Shown here piece after piece: positions 1-8,619 of a stretch of DNA of 42,828 nucleotides. The position numbers were made by a program, and so were the translations under genes. Position 1 is the stretch's first letter, and the number at the start of each line of letters is the position of its first letter. This DNA is from a virus (Duplodnaviria > Caudoviricetes), in IMG/VR virus record IMGVR_UViG_3300019872_000006, positions 1-42,828 of that record. The stretch is one strand, 5' to 3'. The notes under the pieces were generated by a model that was not told where the DNA came from, did not search any database, and worked only from the letters and a program-made list of their open reading frames with translations.

Positions 1-138
1 TGGAGTAACTGGCTAACATGATCTCCGCCTATTAGCACAATACCGTGCTATGTTATTTGAAGGGAACTAAAACTATGTCTAATGACAATGCCCTCGCATT
101 GACCACTTACGACCCGAAATCCATCCAGACTTTCGGCA
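1..138 (+). repeat. Terminal overlap, identical to 42691-42828 except at positions 8, 9 and 12; probably a circular assembly overlap
   Basis: Direct comparison of both ends; bases 13-138 match exactly and the repeat cuts through the start of gene 75..998. Confidence 0.9.
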
Positions 139-998
139 ATTCCATCATGACCGCCCTTGTTGCTCAAGCCGGTATGGAAGAAGAGGCCCAGAAGCTAGCC
201 GCTACTGCTACGGAAGCCAAATCCTTTATCTCCTTTGAGATGACACGCGCTGTTTTCGACCTCTCCGATCGTCTTGATGACATTGATCCTTATGCCATTT
301 TCGGCAAGGCAAAGGAAGTGGAACGCCTGAATACTCGTGTGCTTATGCATATGGGCGCTCTTAAGCGTACTGTCACCAGTGACGACGAAATCGTCTATGA
401 GTGGACAGACAAGAATATCGAAAATATGTACTCCTATACCAAGGAGCTACAGGACGAGGATAAGGCCGAATATACTCGCCGCTTCAACAATCGTAAGCGC
501 CTGAATATGAAACTCAGTGAAGCTTACAAGGCTGTTGCAGCGTTGAAGGATCAGGGTCTTAAACCTGCTGATCTATTCTACTCTGAAAACGAAGCTGGCG
601 AACAGGTGCCAACTATCCAGAATGCTCCTAAGGAACTAGCTGGCGACAGCAAGTCTATTCAACTTGGTTCGCGTAGACCAATTGTAGGCGCTACCATGTC
701 GCCTACTATGTCTTCACTCATCAAGCTTGCTGAAAAGGCTCACAAGGTTGAACCTAAGACTGAGGAACGCAAGGACAAGGGTGAAAACCGTAATGGTGTT
801 GCCCAAATCGGAATGTCCGATGAAGACTTCGGTTCAATCTGCAATACAGTAATCCGTGCTGTCAACGCGCAGGAGAATGTATTCAGTGAACAACAGATTA
901 AGACCTTGAAGGCTCTTACATCTGTTATCGCTCCTGTAATCGCCGCAGGTGCAACCAAGGCAAAGGCTGCAAAGCCATCCACCGCTAAGGCTGCTTAA
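75..998 (+). CDS. Hypothetical early protein (307 aa), helical, with Lys/Ala-rich C-terminal tail; possible DNA-binding protein
   Basis: AAGGGA RBS before ATG 75; own terminator; tail ATKAKAAKPSTAKAA. Confidence 0.85.
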   Translation: MSNDNALALTTYDPKSIQTFGNSIMTALVAQAGMEEEAQKLAATATEAKSFISFEMTRAVFDLSDRLDDIDPYAIFGKAKEVERLNTRVLMHMGALKRTVTSDDEIVYEWTDKNIENMYSYTKELQDEDKAEYTRRFNNRKRLNMKLSEAYKAVAALKDQGLKPADLFYSENEAGEQVPTIQNAPKELAGDSKSIQLGSRRPIVGATMSPTMSSLIKLAEKAHKVEPKTEERKDKGENRNGVAQIGMSDEDFGSICNTVIRAVNAQENVFSEQQIKTLKALTSVIAPVIAAGATKAKAAKPSTAKAA

Positions 999-1004
999 TA
1001 CCTC

Positions 1005-1040
1005 AATAGCCTGCTACAGACCTTGTAGCAGGCTATTTTT
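1005..1040 (+). terminator. Rho-independent terminator built around a palindrome copy
   Basis: AATAGCCTGCTACA-GACCT-TGTAGCAGGCTATT followed by T-run, right after stop 998. Confidence 0.85.
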
Positions 1041-1062
1041 GTATCTGGCTAGAATATAGTTG

Positions 1063-1092
1063 TTGATATCTCCCCTATTAATATGGTACACT
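1063..1092 (+). promoter_or_regulatory. Sigma70-like promoter
   Basis: TTGATA-N18-TACACT with extended -10 TG. Confidence 0.55.
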
Positions 1093-1214
1093 ATGTGTAT
1101 GATAACAACAAAGGAGGATTATAACTGAAACTATTTGGACTTAGCATGGTAATGAGGAGATGGCTGTAATCTGATCCTCATTATCGAGCAAGCCCGCTCT
1201 AAGGACAGCGACCC

Positions 1215-1379
1215 ATGTGTAAGATCATAACCAAAATCCTCAATATTCCCCATGACCTGCCCCCCGGTACATATACCATGACCACTACAGACCCTGTAGT
1301 AAGACTATCCCGCAATCGTCATGACATGGTAGTTACCATGCGTTGCCTATCAATCATCGCGCTAGCTAGCGCCAAGTAG
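1215..1379 (+). CDS. Small hypothetical protein (54 aa, not in ORF track)
   Basis: AAGGA RBS, ATG 1215, MCKIITKILNIPHDLPPGTYTMTTTDPVV..., stop TAG 1379. Confidence 0.6.
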   Translation: MCKIITKILNIPHDLPPGTYTMTTTDPVVRLSRNRHDMVVTMRCLSIIALASAK

Positions 1380-1389
1380 GATACATCTT

Positions 1390-1611
1390 ATGCACAAAAT
1401 TACTCAAATCACCTCAGGCCCTGGCTTCTTTACAGCAGAAGCAATGTCTATAGCATTTGTGAAAATGCTCAACACACCTTCTCGTAAACTATTCCCTTCC
1501 GTATTTGAACATGACCGTGACCGCGCCCGCTATGGTAGCATCGGTAATCGATATCAGGTTACTTTAACCATTACCCCGATTGATGAGAACGGGAATGTAA
1601 TCGATGAGTAA
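1390..1611 (+). CDS. Hypothetical protein
   Basis: AGGA RBS, overlaps next gene start. Confidence 0.7.
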   Translation: MHKITQITSGPGFFTAEAMSIAFVKMLNTPSRKLFPSVFEHDRDRARYGSIGNRYQVTLTITPIDENGNVIDE

Positions 1612-1819
1612 CGCAGTTACAGACCCTGTAGTAGAACTGGATATTACAACCCACATCGTGCCTTCGGCGCCAATCTATGATCTTGAATTCGACAAGCAAA
1701 TAGCCGCGCTATCTAAATGGTGTAATGCCACTAATCAAGAAGTTCACACCAAGCTGAAAGGCGGCTCGTTTATCGTGGTTAAGCGCAAACAAAAGGTATC
1801 CTCAAATGTCAATTCATGA
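1604..1819 (+). CDS. Hypothetical protein
   Basis: Overlapping operon arrangement; palindrome in the usual frame (VTDPVV). Confidence 0.7.
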   Translation: MSNAVTDPVVELDITTHIVPSAPIYDLEFDKQIAALSKWCNATNQEVHTKLKGGSFIVVKRKQKVSSNVNS

Positions 1820-2102
1820 TCACAACTTTGACCCTTGGAATGGACACGAACCTTCTCAACCTCACTTCTATGCCTGTTATATCAAACACCGTCATTCCCG
1901 TCGAATGTCGCGAGTAATGATAGGCGCTTTCAGTAAAGCCCAAGCCAAGGAAGGCTGCGGTATATTCTTACGCATGAACGGTCTCGATGATGTGTTCGAT
2001 TACTTTGCCATATACGATTATGACACTCCAACCCTACTTATCTTTTACATAAAACTACTAACCTCAGGAGGATATGATGTTTCGTTTTCCAATCGCAGTT
2101 AG
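1806..2102 (+). CDS. Hypothetical protein
   Basis: AAGG RBS, contiguous operon. Confidence 0.65.
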   Translation: MSIHDHNFDPWNGHEPSQPHFYACYIKHRHSRRMSRVMIGAFSKAQAKEGCGIFLRMNGLDDVFDYFAIYDYDTPTLLIFYIKLLTSGGYDVSFSNRS

Positions 2103-2265
2103 CCATATCGCCAATACATATGGAATACTTGTCGCAATCGAAAGTGCAAAGCGATTTGCTACAGAACCTGTAGATGATGCTTCTGCTCGTGAGTATATCT
2201 ATATTGCACATAAATATACTGCCGATTACAACTCATCGTTGAGGGTTAAACATGACCGAAGCTAA
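2074..2265 (+). CDS. Hypothetical protein
   Basis: AGGAGG RBS; ATEPVD motif frame. Confidence 0.7.
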   Translation: MMFRFPIAVSHIANTYGILVAIESAKRFATEPVDDASAREYIYIAHKYTADYNSSLRVKHDRS

Positions 2266-2983
2266 AACTTCACGACCGACCGAAGCTAAAATACAACGCG
2301 TTGATATACGTCTTGATTTTCGTGATGGTTGTAATGGCTACACCATCGCGCCTGTGGCGGATGGGAGACTTGTAACATATAAAGACCATGTAGACGCTCT
2401 CGAAGCCGTGAAGGCGACGGTGAAGCCGCGCTCGTGGCCTTTAACAAAGCAAGGCATGGCAGATTTTTCCGCATCTATCGCCACGGAAGCTGAAGTGCTG
2501 AGAGCAGAGAGAGCAGAGAACTCTTTGGTTGTCGCTTCATCTGACGAATTAACGGCCAAAGACCTTCTGTTTTCTTTGGACAGGAATCGTATCGCCGAGA
2601 TCATTGGAGGAAGCAATGCGCCAGCAGATCCTTTGGTGGCGGCTGACCAGATCATTACAGCCATTCTTCTCCAAGCCCGCGCCATCGTTCCATCTCCCGC
2701 TCTCGAAGCCAATCAGCAGCAGCCCGCCATGTCAGACCACGCTCGCGGATGCCAAGGCAGGGAATACACATGCACCTGCGGTTACGACGAAGCCAATCAG
2801 CAGGTTATCGAAACACTGCGGGCGGCGATCAAGCTTACTATTCCGATGATTACTGCTGATAATATCTTGGATCAAAAAGCCAAGGGCGATCTGACTGGTT
2901 GGTGTGAAAGAACTCGTAATCGGCTTCAAGCCGCCCTTTCCCCCACACAACCCGAACCAACTAGAGGCACAGCTAATGACTAA
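2252..2983 (+). CDS. Mosaic hypothetical protein with H-x3-C-x6-C-x-C putative metal-binding module
   Basis: GAGG RBS; 243 aa; DHARGCQGREYTCTCGYD. Confidence 0.75.
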   Translation: MTEAKTSRPTEAKIQRVDIRLDFRDGCNGYTIAPVADGRLVTYKDHVDALEAVKATVKPRSWPLTKQGMADFSASIATEAEVLRAERAENSLVVASSDELTAKDLLFSLDRNRIAEIIGGSNAPADPLVAADQIITAILLQARAIVPSPALEANQQQPAMSDHARGCQGREYTCTCGYDEANQQVIETLRAAIKLTIPMITADNILDQKAKGDLTGWCERTRNRLQAALSPTQPEPTRGTAND

Positions 2984-3263
2984 CGTTACAGAGCCTGTAG
3001 TTGCTCCTCAAACTCACGAGGAAGCACTAAAAGTATTCGCCAATTGGACCCACTCCCTGAACCAGATCGAGCCCAATTCCATCCGAACCAAGTCATTCAA
3101 TCGTATCCTACGAGATATTAAGAAAATGTATGGCCTTCTTGATGCTTTAAGTGCTCAACATGACAAAGGTGCTAATGAATATCTAAAGAAAACAGGAAGT
3201 TATTCTCAATTTGACGAGCCATCGTGTGTTCGTATGGTCAGAGAATTTGTACAGGAGTTGTAG
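2976..3263 (+). CDS. Hypothetical protein
   Basis: GAGG RBS before ATG 2976 (MTNVTEPVV). Confidence 0.75.
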   Translation: MTNVTEPVVAPQTHEEALKVFANWTHSLNQIEPNSIRTKSFNRILRDIKKMYGLLDALSAQHDKGANEYLKKTGSYSQFDEPSCVRMVREFVQEL

Positions 3264-3265
3264 GT

Positions 3266-3424
3266 ATGGGAGGATATAGTGAACAATGCTCACATTGTGG
3301 CAAATGGTTTCTTAATCCTCGTGGATTACACAATCACATTGACAGTAAACATTCATACAAAGCTGCGTTGACTACAAAACCTATAGTGAAAAAGATAAAT
3401 TTGACAAATACCCCAAAAGTGTGA
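3266..3424 (+). CDS. Small C2H2 zinc-finger protein (52 aa)
   Basis: AGGAG RBS; CSHC-GKW-F-LNPRG-L-HN-H-IDSK-H matches C-x2-C-x3-F-x5-L-x2-H-x4-H. Confidence 0.7.
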   Translation: MGGYSEQCSHCGKWFLNPRGLHNHIDSKHSYKAALTTKPIVKKINLTNTPKV

Positions 3425-3430
3425 TATCGG
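3401..3430 (+). promoter_or_regulatory. Sigma70-like promoter
   Basis: Perfect TTGACA followed by TGTGATAT at -10 distance. Confidence 0.6.
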
Positions 3431-3489
3431 TATAGATAACGTAAACAGCAAGGGGACCATCCGCCACGCCCGGAACCCAGCCATAAGAA

Positions 3490-3550
3490 GAGATTATAAA
3501 TTATAATTTTTGGTTTTAATTTTAATTTGAAATTTTCAAATTTATTTACG
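3490..3550. other. Very AT-rich non-coding tract, candidate origin or unwinding element
   Basis: ATTATAAATTATAATTTTTGGTTTTAATTTTAATTTGAAATTTTCAAATTTATTTA, including inverted repeat AATTTGAAA-T-TTTCAAATT. Confidence 0.45.
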
Positions 3551-3612
3551 GTAGTAACGTACGCTCGACTATCTACACGACCTGTAGCTCATTCATGAAA
3601 GGATCACGAGCT

Positions 3613-3774
3613 ATGCCTAGTGACGAAATGGTTGATGAAATGAACAATCGACAAGATATATTCATTGGATTGCTTGATGAGTTTGCGCGAATCATAGCAG
3701 AAGGAACAGCGCAACAGTATATTAAAGCTCGTGAGAAGCTTATTGAAATGTTTGTAGAGGAGCAAGGATACTAA
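3613..3774 (+). CDS. Small hypothetical protein (53 aa, not in ORF track)
   Basis: AAAGGA RBS; MPSDEMVDEM...; TAATG overlap with next gene. Confidence 0.65.
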   Translation: MPSDEMVDEMNNRQDIFIGLLDEFARIIAEGTAQQYIKAREKLIEMFVEEQGY

Positions 3775-4055
3775 TGCGTATTGGACTCCTTCGCCACCAA
3801 CAACCATTTGCTGAATACGTGAACAACAATTGGCGAGTATGGTATATATTCAACAACGACGTGTCCTCTGGAACCTATTTCGACCTCCGCAACGACGGAA
3901 TATGTGACCGTGTAACCATCCAAGATCATGAAGTTACGCATATTGATCGTGTTTCTACACCTTTGTATGTCGGAGGTACGACAACTACACCTCCTGTAGA
4001 GAACTACGATGAAAGAGAGCGAGAACATTCTTATATAGTTGGTGCAAGTTTGTAA
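3774..4055 (+). CDS. Hypothetical protein
   Basis: AAGGA RBS; TAATG coupling. Confidence 0.7.
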   Translation: MRIGLLRHQQPFAEYVNNNWRVWYIFNNDVSSGTYFDLRNDGICDRVTIQDHEVTHIDRVSTPLYVGGTTTTPPVENYDEREREHSYIVGASL

Positions 4056-4093
4056 TTGACATGAGTTTTGTCGACAGGACACGTATTTAACCC

Positions 4094-4123
4094 TTGCTAA
4101 TCACGTACCGACCCTGCTATTAT
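4094..4123 (+). promoter_or_regulatory. Sigma70-like promoter
   Basis: TTGCTA-N18-TATTAT with extended -10 TG. Confidence 0.55.
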
Positions 4124-4166
4124 ATGTGAGTAATGAAGATCAACTACGATCAGAAAGGATAATTCC

Positions 4167-4559
4167 GTGAAAACCGAAACACTTACATCATCTGTAGTGA
4201 AGATACGTAATGATCTACAGCCTCATTTCACTGATAATACTGACATTATTTTGTACGATTATGATTTCTACACTGCCCTTGAGTCATGGGCAAAGAAGGA
4301 ACGCGAAAAGGCTAAAGAGAAAGCCATCGCCCTTAGTTCAAAACCTGCCGATTACTGCGGCATACTCCTCCGAACTACTAAACAGAAACTCACTCGTTCA
4401 ATCTCTGCTGCACCACAGCAGTTCGACTTGAACTTGTTCATTAAATCCGTGAGTGATCAATATAAGATTGATCGTTTCAAGCTGGTTGAACTCGCTGGTA
4501 ATAGTAAATCTCCCGGTACTGGTAGGACTACGATTAGAGTTGAGGAAAATGATGACTGA
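4167..4559 (+). CDS. Hypothetical protein
   Basis: AAAGGA RBS, GTG start. Confidence 0.75.
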   Translation: MKTETLTSSVVKIRNDLQPHFTDNTDIILYDYDFYTALESWAKKEREKAKEKAIALSSKPADYCGILLRTTKQKLTRSISAAPQQFDLNLFIKSVSDQYKIDRFKLVELAGNSKSPGTGRTTIRVEENDD

Positions 4560-4884
4560 TACAGAACCTGTAGCTACCGACCTTGACCCCGAAGGTATCA
4601 TCTACACCCACCCTAAAATCCGAGAAAAAACTCACCACGAACTGCTTGAACGTCTCGATCAAATCCGTGGTCGACGCCTCGTTGCTGCTATGGAATTTAA
4701 AACCGCCGAGCGTTCTCGCCTCGACAAAGAGCACGACAAGCTCTCAGACCAGTGGACTAAACTGGCTGCGAAACTATCCAAGAAGGAATATTCAATTCGT
4801 GAGGATATTGAGAAGTTCGAAGCTGACGTGAACAAACTCATTCAAATTCATAACCAAGCCAGTGTGCTTGAAACCGGACAGTAA
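4549..4884 (+). CDS. Hypothetical coiled-coil protein
   Basis: GAGGA RBS; heptad-like charged sequence. Confidence 0.75.
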   Translation: MMTDTEPVATDLDPEGIIYTHPKIREKTHHELLERLDQIRGRRLVAAMEFKTAERSRLDKEHDKLSDQWTKLAAKLSKKEYSIREDIEKFEADVNKLIQIHNQASVLETGQ

Positions 4885-4888
4885 CGTC

Positions 4889-5080
4889 ATGAATAAATGG
4901 TTCTTCGACTATCAACGAGGTGTGTCGTCCATTACCGATAACAATAAGTTCCGTGTCTATGTTGACTTGCTCGACCAAGCAACAGTAAATGCAATTATCT
5001 CTGAACATAACAAAGGAGTAGTTCCCAATGGCCAGCAGCAAGACCACGATCTACCGGACGATCCTCGCGATGTTACGTGA
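4889..5080 (+). CDS. Hypothetical protein
   Basis: Fills gap in operon; ATG 4889. Confidence 0.55.
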   Translation: MNKWFFDYQRGVSSITDNNKFRVYVDLLDQATVNAIISEHNKGVVPNGQQQDHDLPDDPRDVT

Positions 5081-5210
5081 GAACGGCATGTCTGCTACAG
5101 ACTTTGTAGTGGAACATATGAAACGATTAGAGGCCGCTCGTGAGGTTGCTGAAATGCATCGTAAAGAAGCTGAAGATCGTGCCTTCGGCGGGGCTAAAAC
5201 TAATGAGTAA
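5028..5210 (+). CDS. Hypothetical protein
   Basis: AAGGAG RBS. Confidence 0.7.
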   Translation: MASSKTTIYRTILAMLRENGMSATDFVVEHMKRLEAAREVAEMHRKEAEDRAFGGAKTNE

Positions 5211-5448
5211 TGATGACAACATAATCGATTTCAACATTCGAGCCGTAACTCGTGACCTTGCTCGTCGTCCGGAAATCCGCCAGTTGGCCAAAGTACTCGC
5301 CATGCTTGGACCTCGTGAACTATCCTCTCCCGATAACGACCCTGCTCCGATCTACGTATACCAAGCCTATCAACTTATTGAGAAACGTAACCTTGCTGAG
5401 TTGTTAATGATCACTATTCAAGTTTGCAAAAAGGAAGAACGCAAATGA
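5203..5448 (+). CDS. Hypothetical protein
   Basis: Overlapping operon; MSNDDNIIDF. Confidence 0.65.
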   Translation: MSNDDNIIDFNIRAVTRDLARRPEIRQLAKVLAMLGPRELSSPDNDPAPIYVYQAYQLIEKRNLAELLMITIQVCKKEERK

Positions 5449-5768
5449 CTACACAGTCTGTAGACATGGAACCTAAAAACTACATCCTTAATTGCCAGTA
5501 CAAAGATACAAAACGTGTCTACGAGTATCTTGCATTTGGTGTTCTCTCTGAACTTCAACAGTGCTCACATGCTGTAATCAGTCGTGTACCACATACAACT
5601 GATCGTGGTATTGAGACTGCTCTCTATCGTGATGAGTTGCAGTTGGTCCAGATCGTGGGAATTAGTACTGAACAGAAGTACAACGGCACCCTTAAATATG
5701 TAGTGGACACCATTGATCCTTCATATTATCTCAAGATGACACAGGAGTATCTCGATAATGTACGATAA
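5445..5768 (+). CDS. Hypothetical protein
   Basis: ATGA overlap; AAGGA RBS. Confidence 0.7.
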   Translation: MTTQSVDMEPKNYILNCQYKDTKRVYEYLAFGVLSELQQCSHAVISRVPHTTDRGIETALYRDELQLVQIVGISTEQKYNGTLKYVVDTIDPSYYLKMTQEYLDNVR

Positions 5769-6276
5769 CTCGCTTCAACAAGGCCATAAAGATGATACCA
5801 AAAAGGTCGAAATTCATCTTATTGCCCCGGAATTTATTACAACTACAGCAGCTGTATTAACATTTGGTGCAAAGAAGTACGCACCATATAACTGGGCAAA
5901 AGGAATTGTGTACTCACGGTGTTTTAGTGCAATGATGCGGCATATGTGGGCATGGTGGAAAGGAGAAACACTCGATCCTGAAACTGGTATAACCCACCTT
6001 GGTCATGCTGCTTGCTGTTTGATGTTCCTTATTGCTTATGAGGAACGAGGTATGACTGAGTTTGACGATCGATTTAAACGTACCATTCCTATGACTAGTT
6101 CCCACTTCATCCCTGCAATTAAAGCTACACGACCTACTACAGAGCCTGTAGCAGAAGCCTATCTCATCAACCAAGCTGAAATGGCTGAGGATATGAAGCG
6201 AGAAGCGGATAACGAATTCGTTCCTGTTGATCCTCGTGTTGATAATATTGATCCGTTTCAGGGACAGAAATCATGA
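5758..6276 (+). CDS. dATP/dGTP diphosphohydrolase-domain protein (DUF5664-like)
   Basis: KDD-K...VLTFGAKKYAPYNWAKG...AMMRHMWAWWKGETLDPETGITHLGHAACCLMFL family signature. Confidence 0.85.
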   Translation: MYDNSLQQGHKDDTKKVEIHLIAPEFITTTAAVLTFGAKKYAPYNWAKGIVYSRCFSAMMRHMWAWWKGETLDPETGITHLGHAACCLMFLIAYEERGMTEFDDRFKRTIPMTSSHFIPAIKATRPTTEPVAEAYLINQAEMAEDMKREADNEFVPVDPRVDNIDPFQGQKS

Positions 6277-6560
6277 GCATAAATATTCTCTCCACCTTCA
6301 TAGCCGAGATCGAACGTGAATTTCGTGGTCACTTGCCCCAACGTTGTATCAACATCCTTGCAACCATGTGTGAGGAACAGCGAATGCTTCAACGTGCGAT
6401 CAACGATCAAATGGCAATCATTGAGAAGTTGAAAGACGTCATTGCACTATCCGCTGTTGCTGATCAAATGATCCTTAAACAGATCAAAGATTATAACCAT
6501 ACCAACTCGGATCAACACAATGACATTATCAAATCACAAGACATGGGGGAGGATGGTTGA
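6273..6560 (+). CDS. Hypothetical protein
   Basis: ATGA overlap. Confidence 0.7.
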   Translation: MSINILSTFIAEIEREFRGHLPQRCINILATMCEEQRMLQRAINDQMAIIEKLKDVIALSAVADQMILKQIKDYNHTNSDQHNDIIKSQDMGEDG

Positions 6561-6693
6561 TGCAGTGGCAGTTTTATTGGCCTGATTGGTACAAGTTATA
6601 TCCATACTACACCGAGGACAAACAAGATTATGAAGGCATTCCTTACGCAGCTTTCACATTCTGTTTTGGCTCATTACAAATAAGGGGCTACCG

Positions 6694-7743
6694 ATGAAAT
6701 TTCGACTAGCTACTCCCAATGACTCCCACCTCCCGTACTACTCGCACAGCATCGCCGAAGCCATTTCTACTTGTCCAAAATGGGGACTTATACGTTATAA
6801 GCAACGGAAATACTTCAAATCTAATTATCGAGCAATGGCATTGGACGCCGGGTCAGCCATGCATGAAGTGTTTGCAGCCTTTAGATTGTGGCAGTTGTAC
6901 CGCATCCAAGGACTTGAGGACCACTTCAAATTTCACGGCCGTCGATTGTTCAACGCAGATTTGAATGAAGGGGAAGGTCGGTTTGAACGATCCTTTAAGC
7001 CACGAACCGATCCGCGTGATGAGTTGCTCGCGTTTTGTTTTGAAATCCTGAACTCTGGTTCATTCTACGACGACCCTTCCGACTCCATCCGTACCATGTC
7101 CAACATGGAAAATACCACAATCCGCTATTGCGACACTATGCTCGCGATTGCCGATCGAAATCCTATATGGGTCAGGGATGTAAATGACCCTACAGCACTT
7201 GTAGGCATAGAGCTTGCATTCGACATGGTGATCGATGATGAGATCAGATACATTGGAACAGTGGATGGCCTCTCAGAGCGTACAGAAGGAATACGGCTTG
7301 AGGAAAACAAGACCGCTTCTCGTCTTGATGAGGCATGGCGTGATAGCTTCCAAGTCAAGTTCCAACCTACCGGATATACGGTGGCTGCGCGTTTGCTTAC
7401 GGGCCGAACTGACATTGAGAAAACCAAGATCATCGGAGTAAAGTTGAAGCAAACCCGTTCTATGGAAGACATGCTCTCATTCGAGGTGTATAGAGATAAT
7501 GATGCTATTCGTAATTGGTATAACTTTATTCGTTATATTCATCGTCTTACTCTTGAGTTTGAACGTAACCCTCTCGACGCTCCACAATTCACCCATTCGT
7601 GTAATCGGTATTCTCGTCCTTGCGGTTTTATTGACCTATGTTCTGCTTCGCCTGATGACCAACTAGCAATGTACGAGTCAATGGAAGAGACACCTCTATC
7701 TCCGTCTGAGGAGGCTATTTTAAATGGAAAGGCTGTGACATGA
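6694..7743 (+). CDS. Cas4-like PD-(D/E)XK exonuclease
   Basis: TCPK, GSAMHE, GTVDG, ENKT, Q-x3-Y and C-terminal C-x6-C-x5-C, consistent with a four-Cys Fe-S staple. Confidence 0.8.
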   Translation: MKFRLATPNDSHLPYYSHSIAEAISTCPKWGLIRYKQRKYFKSNYRAMALDAGSAMHEVFAAFRLWQLYRIQGLEDHFKFHGRRLFNADLNEGEGRFERSFKPRTDPRDELLAFCFEILNSGSFYDDPSDSIRTMSNMENTTIRYCDTMLAIADRNPIWVRDVNDPTALVGIELAFDMVIDDEIRYIGTVDGLSERTEGIRLEENKTASRLDEAWRDSFQVKFQPTGYTVAARLLTGRTDIEKTKIIGVKLKQTRSMEDMLSFEVYRDNDAIRNWYNFIRYIHRLTLEFERNPLDAPQFTHSCNRYSRPCGFIDLCSASPDDQLAMYESMEETPLSPSEEAILNGKAVT

Positions 7744-8120
7744 AAATAACCATTCAGCCAGACAACCAGCCTGAACAATACCTAGAATGCCAACGTTGTT
7801 TTGTCTTTACAGGCTCTGTAGCTGACATGCCAAATTGGTTTCAGGACAAGATAGTGCACATATCTCAGCCTATTGACATTGGCGAAGTATGGACTGGTTG
7901 GAATAAACGTAAGTCATTAACCATTCGTTGTGTTGATGGTTATAAAATAGCCGATGTAGGTTCGCTTATCATCGACTTAGGGAAGGACAGATGGCACATC
8001 CTTCCTCTCACACATCCCATGTGGGGTGATGAGTCACATAGAGCCGTTGCTGATAGGAAAGCTATGGGTACTGCTGACGATGGCACAGAAGACACGCAAG
8101 CGAGTACACGTAGGAGTTGA
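7740..8120 (+). CDS. Hypothetical protein
   Basis: ATGA overlap. Confidence 0.7.
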   Translation: MKITIQPDNQPEQYLECQRCFVFTGSVADMPNWFQDKIVHISQPIDIGEVWTGWNKRKSLTIRCVDGYKIADVGSLIIDLGKDRWHILPLTHPMWGDESHRAVADRKAMGTADDGTEDTQASTRRS

Positions 8121-8268
8121 ACTGGATGTAGACGTTCGTGTCACCAGAGACGAAATGCGTGATTTTGTTAACCTCGCGTTTAAGTTAGCTCGAATAGAAA
8201 TGCCACAATGGCACAAACTATCTACTACAGCGAGTGTAGAGATGCTCTCGTTCAAACAAGTTAGTTAG
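8080..8268 (+). CDS. Hypothetical protein
   Basis: MAQKTRKRV...; palindrome in usual frame (TTASVE). Confidence 0.55.
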   Translation: MAQKTRKRVHVGVELDVDVRVTRDEMRDFVNLAFKLARIEMPQWHKLSTTASVEMLSFKQVS

Positions 8269-8277
8269 GAGAATAAC

Positions 8278-8607
8278 ATGAAATACTTCTTTACTGGGAC
8301 ACTGTCTCAACTACTTGAACTAGTATCCCCGTTCGAACAACAGGGCCGTTTCGTCGATGGTGAAAAGACTTATGAGATCAATATTAAGGATGTATCTGAA
8401 CATCCTCAAGTTGATCAAGTTGCCGAAGCTGAGAAGAAGGCTACAGAACCTGTAGTTGAGGAGAAGGTTGAACCTGCTCTTACAGCTAAGGAACAGAAGG
8501 CTGAAGCTAAGGCGGAAGATACACCCAAACCATTGTTTGTTAAAGAACAGCCCGTTGATATCGCCAGTGCTGAGCAAGAGTCTCAGTCCGACGATACAAA
8601 GAAATAG
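8278..8607 (+). CDS. Hypothetical protein with acidic low-complexity C-terminus
   Basis: AGGAG RBS. Confidence 0.75.
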   Translation: MKYFFTGTLSQLLELVSPFEQQGRFVDGEKTYEINIKDVSEHPQVDQVAEAEKKATEPVVEEKVEPALTAKEQKAEAKAEDTPKPLFVKEQPVDIASAEQESQSDDTKK

Positions 8608-8619
8608 GGAACATTCTTT

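Noticed and set aside
6694-7743. CRISPR-Cas adaptation module
   Set aside because: Solo Cas4-like nucleases are common in phage replication modules; no cas1, cas2 or array was seen.
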